Source of the DNA: Octopus vulgaris
Taxonomy: Eukaryota
NCBI GenBank assembly: GCA_951406725.2
Contig: OX597824.1
Span: 94,798,001 to 94,862,000, forward strand
Reading direction: 5' to 3'
DNA length: 64,000 nt
Positions 38,328 through 50,731 of the stretch are shown in pieces; position 1 is the first letter of the stretch, and each line of letters begins with the position of its first letter. Below the pieces are notes generated by a model that saw only the letters and a list, made by a program, of their open reading frames with translations, was not told the origin of the DNA and searched no databases. The translations under genes and the position numbers were made by a program.

Positions 38328-39490
38328 ATGCACTTATGCACATGACAAGCTTCTTTCGCTGACAAAGCCTTGGTTGGTTTGGAACTACAGTAGAAGGCAC
38401 TTGACCAAAGTGCCATGCAGTGGGGCTGAACCCAAAGTGCCATGATTGGGAAACAAATATCTTAACTGCACACACTCTACTGCTTGTGTGTGCATTCATC
38501 GTGTGTGTGTGCGAACAACATCTTCATAGTTTTTAAGTCTGCTTTTCCATGGTACCATGAGTTGGGCAAAACATTTTGAGCTCGTATTTTATAACGAGAT
38601 ACCCTTCATGATACCAAGACATTCATTCAGCCCTTGAAACAGCCTGGGAGTTTGTCTACCTATCATTGAAGCTTGGTTTTGCAGACAGGTATCTCTTCTG
38701 TCATTGATCCATACTAGTTTTGCTAGTATAAGATTTCTTATTTCACATATGTCTTTGATAGCATAAAGGGAGCAGAGTGGGTGATCTGTTGACAGGAGAG
38801 GTGACAACAACAATACTTGCATTCATAGCTTGCAGATTTCTTTGAGCACAAATGTGACAAATAAACATTCAGATATGTACACAACAGAATAGAGAAGATT
38901 TGTATTAGCATATATACATGTATGTGTATGTACATTTGTGTGTGTGTCTGTTTGTATTTGCACCTATGTATATGGAAAGTGCTTTGTGTGTGTATGTGTG
39001 TATTTTATTTGGCTTGAATGTAATATGTAAAAGTTACATTAAAAAGATACTATTATGTATTGTTTTATTTTTTTTCCCTGTTTGTTCTACCAAACCTATA
39101 TTTCTCTCTCTGTGTGTATTAGTCATTATAGATGCATTTAATATATTTATGTGTATATGAATGCGTGTGTTTATATGTACGAGGTATGTAAAATTGAAGT
39201 TGAAAGTGAATGTTAGGTTACTGGTGTCAATAAGATTGTTCTTACTCTGACTAAATGTAAATTGTAATACAATACGTAGAAATTTCAAATGTCTCACATT
39301 TTAAACAATAATTAAATCAGGTGTAACGTCTACTATGAAATAAGATCTGGTAGAAGCAATCCTATTTCTAAGCGTCAGGTATATTAGTAAATTTTAGATA
39401 TTTATTTCTGGTTTTACCTTTATTCTATAAATACGGTGTTACTTTCATAAATCTTGGAGGGATTATATCTTCAATATTTTTTAGTCATAA

Positions 39491-39872
39491 GGCGGTGAGC
39501 TGGCAGAAATGTTAGCACACTGGGGCGAAATACATAGCAGTATTTCGTCTACTGTTACGTTCTGAGTTCAAATTCCACTCAGGTTGACTTTGCCTTTCAT
39601 CCTTTTGGGGTCAATTAAATAAGTACCAGTTACACACTAGGGTCGATATAATCGACTTAGTCCATTTGTCTGTCCTTGTTTGTCCTCTCTGTTTAGCCCC
39701 TTGTGGGTAGTAAAAAAATAGGTATTTAGCCTGTCTTTACGTTCTGAGTTCAAATTAGCTGAGGTCAACTCTGCCTTTCATCCTTTCAGAATCAAAAAAT
39801 TAAGTACCAGTTGTGTACTAGGGTTGATCTAATCGACTGGCCCTCTCCCCCAAAATTTCGGGTAGAAAAGAA
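39491..39872 (+). mobile_element. Two tandem family B SINEs (second lacks its 5' head and has a different tail)
   Basis: gcctttcatcctt...aagtaccagtt occurs twice. Confidence 0.8.
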
Positions 39873-39898
39873 TATTTTATAGTCCTGTTTTCCTTTTA

Positions 39899-40129
39899 TT
39901 AAACCCCCTTCTGCATTCAGATCACTCTGTTGAATGTAATGCTTATTTATTCAGATTGTTTTGAATTAATCATGGCTTATCTCATAGCTTTGAAATTGCA
40001 ATGATGTAATTGTTTATATTTGAAAATGATTTTGAGTAAGTGAGAGAGGCCAGATTTGTCCAGTTTGTACATAAAACAGATAAAAATTTTGGGGCTAGAT
40101 ATGGGTCGGTTTGAATGCCAAAGGGTTAA
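39899..40129. mobile_element. piggyBac-type MITE (family D)
   Basis: ttaaaccccctt ... aatgccaaagggttaa. Confidence 0.8.
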
Positions 40130-40286
40130 TCTCAGTGTTTAAATTTTATATTCAAATAACAGTTTAGTTTGAAGAATAAAGGGTTACTTAAATAATTAGG
40201 CATATTGCTTTTAAAATAGTCATTTTTTAAAGCTACATTAATTGTTCGATTTCTTTGCATTAATTTTGATGTACTTTACATAAAGA

Positions 40287-40455
40287 ACGTAAAAAGCACC
40301 CACTACAGTCATGGAGTGGTTGGCATTGGGAAGGGCATCCAGCTGTAGAAACTTTGCTGGGTCAGATTAGAGCATGGTGCAACCGCTGGCTTTCCAGACC
40401 TCAGTCAAACCATCAAAACCATGCCAGCACGGAAAACAGACATTAAATGATGAGG
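40287..40455 (+). mobile_element. Family C retroposon
   Basis: aaaaagcacccactac...ggaagggcatccagctgtagaaac...ttaaatgatgag. Confidence 0.8.
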
Positions 40456-40865
40456 ATTTGGATTTTTGAACTAGCAAACAAAGATGCTCTTGATTTCATT
40501 TTCTAATATTTTTACATTGTATTTTATAGATTCTTTTAGTTTATAACCTTCTGATAAAACCAGCTTCTTTGTAAGCTTCTTGTTACATTCAATTGTCAGT
40601 AACTTCTTTAATAAATAAGAAAGCCACAACCACAGAGCCTTTAAACATAGCCTTTAAGCATAGACTTTACCAGGTTATAGGGCGAGAAGGTAATTTAATC
40701 ATTATTCCACATAGGGTCATGTATGTTGTCTTTTATCTGTGAATTTATAAATATATGCAGGAAGTCCAATTAAAGATAGGGCAGTTAATAGTTGGAGCTA
40801 ATAGGACCATAAGTTGGAGATTCAGAGTTGATGGTTTTGTGTGCCAACACCATAGCCCTTACACA

Positions 40866-40897
<32 letters not shown>

Positions 40898-41828
40898 TGC
40901 ATGCACATGTGTGCATCTGTATGTGTGTGTGTGTGTTTCTTAAAATAATCAATGCCTAGTTCAAACTTATATGGCATTTCAAATTTTTTTCATATGATGT
41001 ATCTGTTTAATTTTGGTTTTGCATGGAGTCTGGTCCAGCTCCTGTCAAACTGGCCAACCCATGCCAGCCTGGAAGATGGATGTTGAATGATGATGATGAT
41101 GATGATTTTCTTGTGTGTGTCTGTGTGCATGTCTATATGTATGTATATATACATTATGCATGGGTATGTATGAATTTGTGTATAATGAATATTCATTTGT
41201 TCCTTTTGTCTTCCATGTATGTGTGTGTGTGTGCGTGCACACATGCACATGCATCTAATTATCAGGCTCTATATGCGTGCTGTACTTGTACGTTTGTGTT
41301 TATCTCTTTGCAGTTTTGGTGTCTATATGTGTGTGTGTGTGTGTGTGTGGATGGTTGAGTGGTTAAGAAGTTCGCTTCACAATCACAAGGTCCCAAGTTC
41401 TGCCCCATTGCATGGCATCTTCCATAAATGTTTCTTTTCTCATAGTCTTAGCACTACCCAAATTTTATGAGTGGAATTACATTAACAGCAGCTGTGGAGA
41501 AACCCTTTGTACGTCAGAGTTCCGGCCTGGCTACTTTGTGCCACACTCTCTCCATGAGAATTGCATTTAAGTTGACCCACATTTGCAGAATGCAAAGCCA
41601 TTTTGCATATTAATCCAATGAGCAGGTCAGAGGTACTGAATGTATATGTGTTGTTCTTGATGGTAGAGTCTACTATGACCCCCATCATCATCATCATCAT
41701 CATCATCATCATTCACTGTGTGTGTCTATGTAATGCAGTGTTTATCAACTGGGGTTCCCCAGAACCCTAGGGCTCTCACGAGAAAGATAAGCTAATGCTA
41801 ATTTCATGATCTTAATATTACTAGACAT

Positions 41829-42131
41829 GTGCAAGCGCGTGGCTTAGTTGTAAGGTCATGAGTTCGATTCCCGGCGATGCGTTGTGTCCTTGAGCAAGAC
41901 ACTTTATTTCACGTTGCTCCAGTCCACTCAGCTGGCAAAAATGAGTTGTACCTGTATTTCAAAGGGCTGGCCTTGTCACACTCTGTGTCATGCTGAATCT
42001 CCCCGAGAACTACGTTAAGGGTACACGTGTCTGTGGAGTGCTCAGCCACTTGCACGTTAATTTCACGAGCAAGCTGTTCCATTGATCGTATCAGCTGGGA
42101 CCCTCGTCGTCGTAACTGACGGAGTGCCCCT
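41829..42131 (+). mobile_element. Family E tRNA-derived SINE with 14-bp TSD
   Basis: A box tggcttagttg, B box gagttcgattccc, then gtgtccttgagcaagacact. Exact TSD ATATTACTAGACAT at 41815-41828 and 42132-42145. Confidence 0.85.
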
Positions 42132-42284
42132 ATATTACTAGACATATACAACATATCTTGGTTATTGTAATATAGACATCATCCTATCTAACCTATTATG
42201 TTATCAAAAAAATATAACAACCATTGGGGATATATTTAGTGATGCCTATAATTTATGGACACCCTATATATATATATATATATA

Positions 42285-42443
42285 CACTCTCGGAGTGGTT
42301 GGCGTTAGGAAGGGCATCCAGCTGTAGAAACACTGCCAGATCTGACTGGCCTGGTGCAGCCTTCGGGCTTGCCAGACCCCAGTTGAACCGTCCAACCCAT
42401 GCTAGCATGGAAAGCGGACGTTAAACGATGATGATGATGATGA
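42285..42443 (+). mobile_element. Family C retroposon (little diverged, 5'-truncated)
   Basis: Ends gcatggaaagcggacgttaaacgatgatgatgatgatgat. Confidence 0.85.
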
Positions 42444-42796
42444 TATATGAATTTTTTGCATAATGAGATAAAAAACCAAGGCTGTATAGATATTAGAGCA
42501 TTTATAGATAGAGAGTCTTATAGCTCTTTCTAGAATATTAATTAATAATATCCCTTCATCCGAGACGGTGTGAGAGGAAAATTAAGTCATAGTTAGTTTG
42601 GGCCTCAATGACACCATTATCTCTTATACATATATATATATATATAAATGATATTTGCCACGTGAACTACAATGAAAAAATGAGAAAGATATGGTATATA
42701 ATTTTTTTTGTTCGGGTGTTCTTTGAGACATGTAATTTATTTTAAGGGTTATGCAAGGGTAAAAAGTTTGAGCAACACTGATGTAGTGTGTGTGTG

Positions 42797-42836
<40 letters not shown>

Positions 42837-43540
42837 CCATACATGTATGTCATGCTTTTGTTATCACTTTGCAGCAAAAGCTTTCACTAAAAATAACTAA
42901 CAAGTAGCATTAAGCCAATGAGAACTGATTTAGCTTGATAACAATTACGTTAGATAATCTGTACTTACGAGAAAATCCCCCAATATTTTATGCACATATG
43001 CTTGCATACACAGTAGCTGTGAGAGTCCCCGTTATTGTCTACATGTAACAAATGCAGCCGTCATGGGTGTGCATGTGTACACTGATAATCATAGATATGA
43101 GTATAAGTAGTGATGTGCACGTGTGTCTGTACATGCATGCATTATTACGGTGCATGTATTTTTAGTATGTATGTCTTAAGTATGTGTAAGAAGGGGTTTG
43201 TATTTTGCAACAAAATACAAACCCAAATCAAATGCACAGATACATCCTGTAAAAATGTGTCGTGATATAAATGAAATCTAGGATTTACTGTTTTATGATT
43301 TTAAATTTGGCATTGAGGATTTTTATCTGCTATAAAAATGATTCCCAAGACCCTGTGCAACTTAATGTGGGCCATGTAGCACTTATTGTATATAACATGC
43401 CATTATAACAGTTTTTAATTTGAAAATGAAATTATGAAAGTCTGGAAATGTCTGACTGATGGAATCGAGAACGTTAATCTTCTAGTTATTGTTCCCGACT
43501 AAATATAAAGAACTTGCGTGTCCCCCTCACTTTCCTCTTC

Positions 43541-43795
43541 ATTTAAACTGTTGAATAAGTGGATAAAACTGTAAATAATAAATAGCTTGTAAATATTAGG
43601 TTAAAAAAACGCTTTGATTGAAAGAGCCCAAAGTTGCTCTTGGGACACGAACCCACATCTTCTGTACGTATGACACATGTCCTACCATTGTCCCACTAGC
43701 GGTCTTTGGCTTTTTCTATTCAAAGGGTTTTTTAACCCAATATTTTACGCATTATTATTTATAGCTTTGTTCACTTTGAGTTCAACAATTAAAAT
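43541..43795. mobile_element. Fold-back element with about 90-bp imperfect arms around a tRNA-like core
   Basis: Arms 43541-43633 and 43704-43795. Minus-strand core has tgggacaatggtagg and gggttcgtgtccc (A/B-box-like). Confidence 0.55.
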
Positions 43796-46004
43796 AAATT
43801 ATTTCACACTCTCTCATAGTTTCTAATTTTTTTAATGATATAAACATGTGTGTATAAAAGGTCCGAAGCCTTGTAAAATGTGTCTATACATTGTGCTTTA
43901 TTTTGATGTGTGTGTTGGATATGTATGTGTTGTCTGTATCTAATTATGTATTTGTGTTGTTGTTGTTGTTGTTGTTGTTGTTATGTTAATGTGTATGTGT
44001 TTTCTTATGTCTCTTTCCTATCAATGGTGTTGGTAAAATAAGGAACAAAGTTTGTTTTGACCATTTGAGGTGTCAGAAGTAGGGGGAATTTTGGACAGGA
44101 TTTGCGTTTATGTGGACAAGGGCCAAAAAAATTCTTGCAGTACACTGGACTGTTTTTATAAAATGTAAGGAACACACAGAGAAATAGATTATGAGCATTG
44201 TTGTTATATCACGGAAAATGGATAAAAAATAATGATGATGAGGACAACAGTGGCAGTGATGATGATGGTGGAGGTGGCATTTAGGCTGAAGTATGGTGGA
44301 GTGGCTAAGATGTTCCCTGGTTTGATCCCAGTTGTACCAAAACACCCCTTTCTCTAACCTAGTATACTGTATGAAAGGATTGAGAAACAGAGACAACACA
44401 AGTTGTATTGACTTTAATGAGAAATTAGGGTACATGTAGGGTATCCCACTCTTCTTCAGAATGGGATTTAGGAAGAGGGAAACACTTCTCTCTACATCTT
44501 TGATGTTTCTAGCCAAGAAATTTTTGGTCCCTAATGAGGCAAAATTAGCAAGCACACAAATACCATGAACTTTTTGCTTGTGCATAATGAGTTTAGTTCT
44601 TGTTGAAATGGCATCCCTTTCAACATCACTTGTCCAGACTTGATCTTGCAGATCACTTGCTACAGTAAAAAAAAAAAACTAAAAAAAAAACTCCCTGTTC
44701 ACTGAGGGGTTTCTGTCTTTTTGAAGGTAGTGGCCTATAGAGCAACTCTTAACTCACTTTATGGTATCTTGAGAAACTACATAAGACTCGCAACCATCGG
44801 TTTCAATGGCTGCTTCTTCAGCATATGCATTCTTTCAGGACCCAGGGACAAGGAAAACTCCATTTCCTTATTTTGTCTTAGCTGGAGGATTCAGGATGAA
44901 GGAAATGAGCCGGTTGGTATAACCTGGAACATTATTATCAAGGCTCTTCCTTATAAAAACGAGCCTTATACATCAGCAAAAAATGACAATCAGCCTTATT
45001 TAGAAGGCATCACTGCCTCACCCATTCCTTATCATTGCACCTTAATGGCCAAACATGTTTTTGCGTTCGTGGAACTTTTAGCAATGCAGATCTCTCAAGT
45101 TCTTAATACAAATATTTCACCTTTATCACAGTATTTTCTCTATACTTTTATCTTTTGTTTGTGTGTATGTGTGTGTTATTCTTGTAGGTGTATGTATATG
45201 TTTAAGCATATGTGGTGTATTTATGTTGTCTACCTATCTATCTATACACATACACCATAGGAAATGTCTGTCATCTTTTGGCTTACAGTTTCAGTGACTA
45301 CCAATAGCATAATGTGCATAAAACAGGTAGAATATTTGGGCCTGATATGGCTGGTGTGAATACTAGAAGGTTAAATCTATGTGTTAAATTTTTTTGTTCT
45401 TTTTTATGTTTCATCCCCAAGGCTGTGGCCATGTTGGGACACCATATAATTTTTCTTTGGAAAAGTTCTTAGTCTTGGTAGAGTTATTTACGAAATGTAT
45501 ATCTGAATAATTCTTGTAATGTTGGTAAGGATTAGCATGTTACTTCTGAAGACAGTTTTGTTTATCGCTGGCATTTCATATTGTATACTTGCTGAAAGAC
45601 ATGGGATGCGGTCATTTGTCATTATTTCATATTCTAAAACGGTTTAAAACTTGTAGGTTATGGAAGTAAGCTGATAATGGCATTTGTAATATAGTATGCA
45701 TGAACACTGCTATAAGAACTAGTGGCAGCTTAAAAAGCTTAAATGATGTTGCACAGCATCTGATAAAAGCTTGTTAATATTTGTTGGGAATATCATGAAA
45801 ATAAAGAATGTTTCAGGAATCTTGTTGGATGCAACTTTTCATTTGTTACGGAGAATTAGGGGAAAGTGGATTATGGAAGTGAAGTATACAGTTTAAGAAC
45901 ATAGATTGCTGATCTGTGTTGGAAAATTGGATGTTCTACATCTGGTTTGAAATTATGCTGCAGAGCTTTTTCCTAATTTATATGGAATATAATAGGAATA
46001 TAAC

Positions 46005-46397
46005 AGGAATAGCTGTGTAGTTGAAAAGTTTCCTCTCCAGCCACATGATTTAGGGTTCAGTCCCACTGCATGGCACCCTGAGCAAGTGTCTTCTACTATA
46101 GCCTTGGGCCGACCATGACCATGATCTTTTTGAGTGGACTCGGTAGATGGAAACTGAAAGTAGCCTGTTGTGTGTGTGTGTTTTTTTTATGTCTCCTTGT
46201 CTTTGCATCACACAATGGTTGTGAATGAATGTCACTTTTGTGCAAACATATCTGGCTGTGAGGAAAGGATTCCCTGCTTAGAAACGAGAGGGATTTGTTA
46301 ACAGTAAGGGCATCAGGTTGCAGAAAATCTACTTCGGTGAATTCCATTTGACCCGTGCAGGCATGGGAAAGTGGACATTAAAATAATGATAACGATG
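46005..46397 (+). mobile_element. Composite SINE: family A head with family C-like tail
   Basis: gggttcagtcccactgcatggcaccctgagcaagtgtcttc...(TG)n...aagggcatcagg...gcatgggaaagtggacattaaaataatgataacgatg. Confidence 0.7.
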
Positions 46398-46969
46398 TTC
46401 TCTTTATGCTAATGGAATCTTTTAACAAACTTGGTTAAATGAATGTTTGAAATGAGCTTGAAAGGATAATTTTAATTCAAATGCAATCATTTCTAAGAAT
46501 TAAGTCAACTTCATTAATTCATGTTTAAACCAGATCTGATGCCCAACATGGCTGTGTGGTTAAGAAGTTTGCTTCATAACCACATAGTTGCAGAGTATGG
46601 CACCTTGGGCAAATGATCTCTACCGTAACCTTGAGCTGACCAATGTTTTTGTGAGTGAAATTCGATTGGCAGAAACTATATGGAAGCCCATCATGTGAGT
46701 GTGTGTGTGTGAATGTTTCTGCATATCTTCACATTGTTATTGTGTGAGCAAAAATGGTGACAGTGTTTATATCTGATAAATAACACACCCCACAGCTTGG
46801 CATGGCAATGTTGTAGCCTGCACAGACCAGCGGAGCAAAATCATCTTACTTGAAAAAGAAGTAAAGGTTGGAAACAGGAAGGATGTTTTGTTCTGTAGAA
46901 CTCTCTCTCTCTAAGCAACCCCTGTCCAATTCCTGTAAAAAGTGGGCATAAAAACGCTGTTGCTGATAA

Positions 46970-47250
46970 TCATCATCATCATCATTTAGCGTCCGTTCTC
47001 CATGCTGGCATGGGTTGGACGGTTCAACTGGGGTCTGGGAAGCCAGAAGGCTGCACCAGGCCCAGTTTGATCTGGCAATGTTTCTACAGCTGGATGCCCT
47101 TCCTAACGCCAACCACTCCATGAGTGTAGTGGGTGCTTCTTACGTGCCACCGGCAGAAGTGCCAGACGAGTCTGGCAAACGGCCACGATCAGATGGTGCT
47201 TTTTACGTGCCACCGGCACGGGGGCCAGGCAAGGCTGGCAACGGCCACGA
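46970..47250 (-). mobile_element. Family C retroposon
   Basis: (CAT)n start, family body and two subrepeats. Confidence 0.85.
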
Positions 47251-48266
47251 TGGGTTATGGTATTTTTTGATATAAACCATAAAATGAAAGGGTTTTTATT
47301 TTCACTCTTTATTCTTCATACTCATGTTTGAGTGTTATGCTTTAATCAACTTTAACTGTGGAGTGATATCAAAACCAAATCAACAAAATATATTGAAACA
47401 TTGTTATGAATTTTTGCATCAAAACAGAAATGAGAAAATATATAAAATTGGAATTTCCATGGTCTTGCTAATTGAAAATAAAACAGCAGCAGTACATAGT
47501 AATTTAACGGGATAAAAAATTAATCGTACACATGTTTAATGCAATATATAAGTTAATAAATAATTTCACTAATTGCTAAAATATATCTCCTAAAATACAA
47601 ACAAATCATAATAAACTCAATAATATAAATGGTTTTTAAAATATACGTTGCTAGATTTCATATATTATTTCCTCTATGTTGTTTAGAATTTAATATCTCA
47701 TAATCATTAAAAAACTTTTTATATTGTAGGAAAATAATTCTTGAAATTCTCAATTGAAAATAAAGTTAATTAGGAAGAACTATTTTGTCAAATGCTAATC
47801 TTAAACAGATTTAGGTGTATTTGTATTATGTTTAGTATTGGATAAAAAAAAAATTTTTTTAAATAATTTAATGCCCATTTGATATAAAATAGTCTTCGAG
47901 GTTTTCAGTAAGTTCCTTCCACCACTTTTTTTTTTTTTTTGCTTGCTTCATTAAAAAAAATTTTTACTTTTTAAATTTAGCTTTTAAAAACTGTGCTTCT
48001 GAAAATATTAATAACTCTAAAAACATTGGGACTAAATGAAAGTCAAGATGTCATTTATGTAGTAACAATTTGCTCTTTATGACAAGTTGCTTGTGTTAAT
48101 TGAAGCTTTAAAACAAATCTCATTTCATTCCCAAAGCAATTTTGTTATGCATTTTATTTAAGAATAAACCATAGAGTGAGTGGGTGGATGGGCGAGTAGG
48201 TTGTGCTTTTCAGTAGCAATTAATAACTGAAAACTTACAAACTGCGTTAAAATCGTGATTTTCCAG

Positions 48267-48323
48267 CTGTTTCCTGCCTTAACCGTTATGACTTGCCGCT
48301 ACTGGATCAAGGACTTGGAACAG
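48267..48323 (+). CDS. 57-nt phase 1-1 cassette exon ((A)VSCLNRYDLPLLDQGLGT), paralogue of the 3' end of the first coding exon
   Basis: Acceptor ttttccAG| and donor AG|GTAAAT. Frame-preserving, 14/19 aa identical to 17316-17372, with mostly synonymous differences. Confidence 0.75.
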
Positions 48324-48690
48324 GTAAATAATCCTCCTTACTGCCAGTTACACTGTGCTCACTTAGTTTTTCCCCCCTTCCCCACATTGTCCCTTGCCTG
48401 AGAACTTGCAATTAAGTGACAACATTCCTCTCACAATCTTTGCAACCAAAATCATTCCAACATCGGTTGTTATTTGATGAGAGCAGCAGTTTCTCTGGTT
48501 GTAGGCTCTATGTTAATTTCATCTTGGTTTTTTTTCCAACTGTGGATGCTTTTTAAGGGTTCATTTTTTTTTTTTTACTCCTGCTAGTAATGCAATTTTC
48601 TTTTCATATCATTACCCTTTTCTATTTTTCTGTTTTTATATCTTATTTGGTAGTTACAAATTCCTCCATGTTCTAATTGTTTTTGTGCCT

Positions 48691-48734
<44 letters not shown>

Positions 48735-49592
48735 TTTTCCCCTGAAAATATTCCTCAGCTGTTTTAATAAGTTTTTGTTCATTGCTCTGCTTGCAAATTA
48801 GTTGTTGCTGATTGCTGCTTAGTTTTGTTGGTGTGTATATATATATATATGTAGTTTTGGTTTAGTTAAAGAATGTCTTCTCAGTTATTTGTCACCGGTC
48901 TAACACTAATCACAGAATTAATTTAAACAGAACATTTTTATAACTGCACTCCAAAGTGCAATTATAATACATTCCTTTCTGGCGAATTACTCAGTAAATT
49001 TATTATGCATTTATGATGAAATTCTTTGGGTGTTATTGCCTACAAACAGAGAGAATACATGGTATTAAATGCATTTACTGAAATGTTGCTTGTTATAAAA
49101 AACTTGCGAAAGCTTGTTAAAAAGGGAATGGTTTTTATTATCTTTGAGAAATCTTTCTAAACTTTAATTTGCGTTTTGGATGAAGATTATGAGTAAATTG
49201 TTGAAGTAACTGGCTCAGTAAAGCAATCAAGCTACCTCGTTAGGGAAACAAACTTTGACGACATTTCAACTGAGAAGCCGTAATAAAAGCAAGAGCTTTC
49301 AAATGTGTTTATTTGTAAAATCCATGTTGCTATGGAGAGTGTGTTAGCATATTATATTTATGAAGAAATTAAGATCGAAGATTGATATGTATCACAAAGA
49401 AAGAAAAAAATACAAAACAAAAACACCCTATACACATATATGCTATTGATTATATAGATTAGCAAACTGACATGAGCGTGATCTAATTCTAATTTACTGA
49501 GGTTGATGAGGTGCTTGACTGTAACTAACTCACAGCTCGTTAATGTGATCTGTCACAGCATCTAGTGCCATTAGGTCAAGCAGTAATTTTGA

Positions 49593-49797
49593 TTAACTCT
49601 TTATCATTTAGATTACTCTGTCAAATGTAATACTTATTTATTCACATTGTTTCGAATTAATCATGAATTATCTTGTAGCTTTGAGATTTCAATGATGTGA
49701 TTGTATATTTTTAGAATGACGTAGGGTGGATGTGAGCAGCTAGATCTGGCTGGTTTGAAAATTTAGCTAGAATATTTAGTCTGGACATGGCTAAATT
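49593..49797. mobile_element. piggyBac-type MITE (family D), right end degraded
   Basis: ttaactctttatcatttagattactctgtcaaatg... Confidence 0.75.
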
Positions 49798-50424
49798 TAC
49801 TATTCTATGTTCATTAGTTGATTTGTATAGCTACTTTATCGAAAGAATAAATAACTTGTTTCTTTAAATAACGGAGTGTAGTAGGCTTCTTTGGTACATC
49901 ATCTTTGATACCGTTTCAAAACAAGAAGGGATCTTTTCCAGGAAAGATTCATTCTACAAGTTAAATTTGGTAGTTGATATCAGTATTTCATAGATATAAT
50001 GTGATAATGTTAGAGACGTCTGACAGTGAGTTGCATGTATCCCAATGTTATTTATGAAACTTATCAGTCTTGGTGAAGAAGTTGAATGAGATGCTAGAAG
50101 ACTGAAGAAAATTTTATACTTTTTGTACTTAATAAATCTCTTCTTTGTGCACATTTTGTGATTATGTTGGTGGTGGTTAAATGATCTAATCTGTATATAA
50201 ATGATATCTTATCAAATTATTACTCTGGAGGGGGATGAAAAGCAAATTAAGCCCTGTCTGGATTTGAAATAAAAAATACTGAACTACAGAATACCAGTGG
50301 CTGGGGTATCAATCCCTATTACTTGCAGCAGTAATACCACTACCATTTAGAAAAACTGGTGGTGGGGGCTTTTAAGGAGGGAAAGTGAAAGAGAAGAAAA
50401 TGAAATTTAATCATTTTTACTAGC

Positions 50425-50731
50425 ACTTTTGCTGGTGGCACATGAAACATTCAAGTGAGGTCGTCGCCAGTGCCGCTGGACTGGCTCCTGTGCAGGTGGC
50501 ACGTAAAAAGCACCATTTGGGCGTGGCCGTTGCCAGTTCCACCAAACTGGCCCTTGTGCCGGTGGCACGTAAAAGCACCCATTACACTCTTGGACTGGCT
50601 GGCGTTAGGAAGGGCATCCAGCTGTAGAAACTCTGCCAGATCAGATTAGAGTTTGGTTCGCCAGACCTCAGTCAAATCGTCCAACCCATGCTAGCATGGA
50701 AAGCAGACGTTAAATGACGACGACGATGATG
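50425..50731 (+). mobile_element. Family C retroposon
   Basis: Subrepeats gtggcacgtaaaaagcacc, then the family body and a gacgacgatgatg tail. Confidence 0.85.

Noticed and set aside
44073-45260. Two ORFs of 170-179 aa
   Set aside because: No recognisable motifs and they include simple repeats. Probably chance or an unidentifiable old element.
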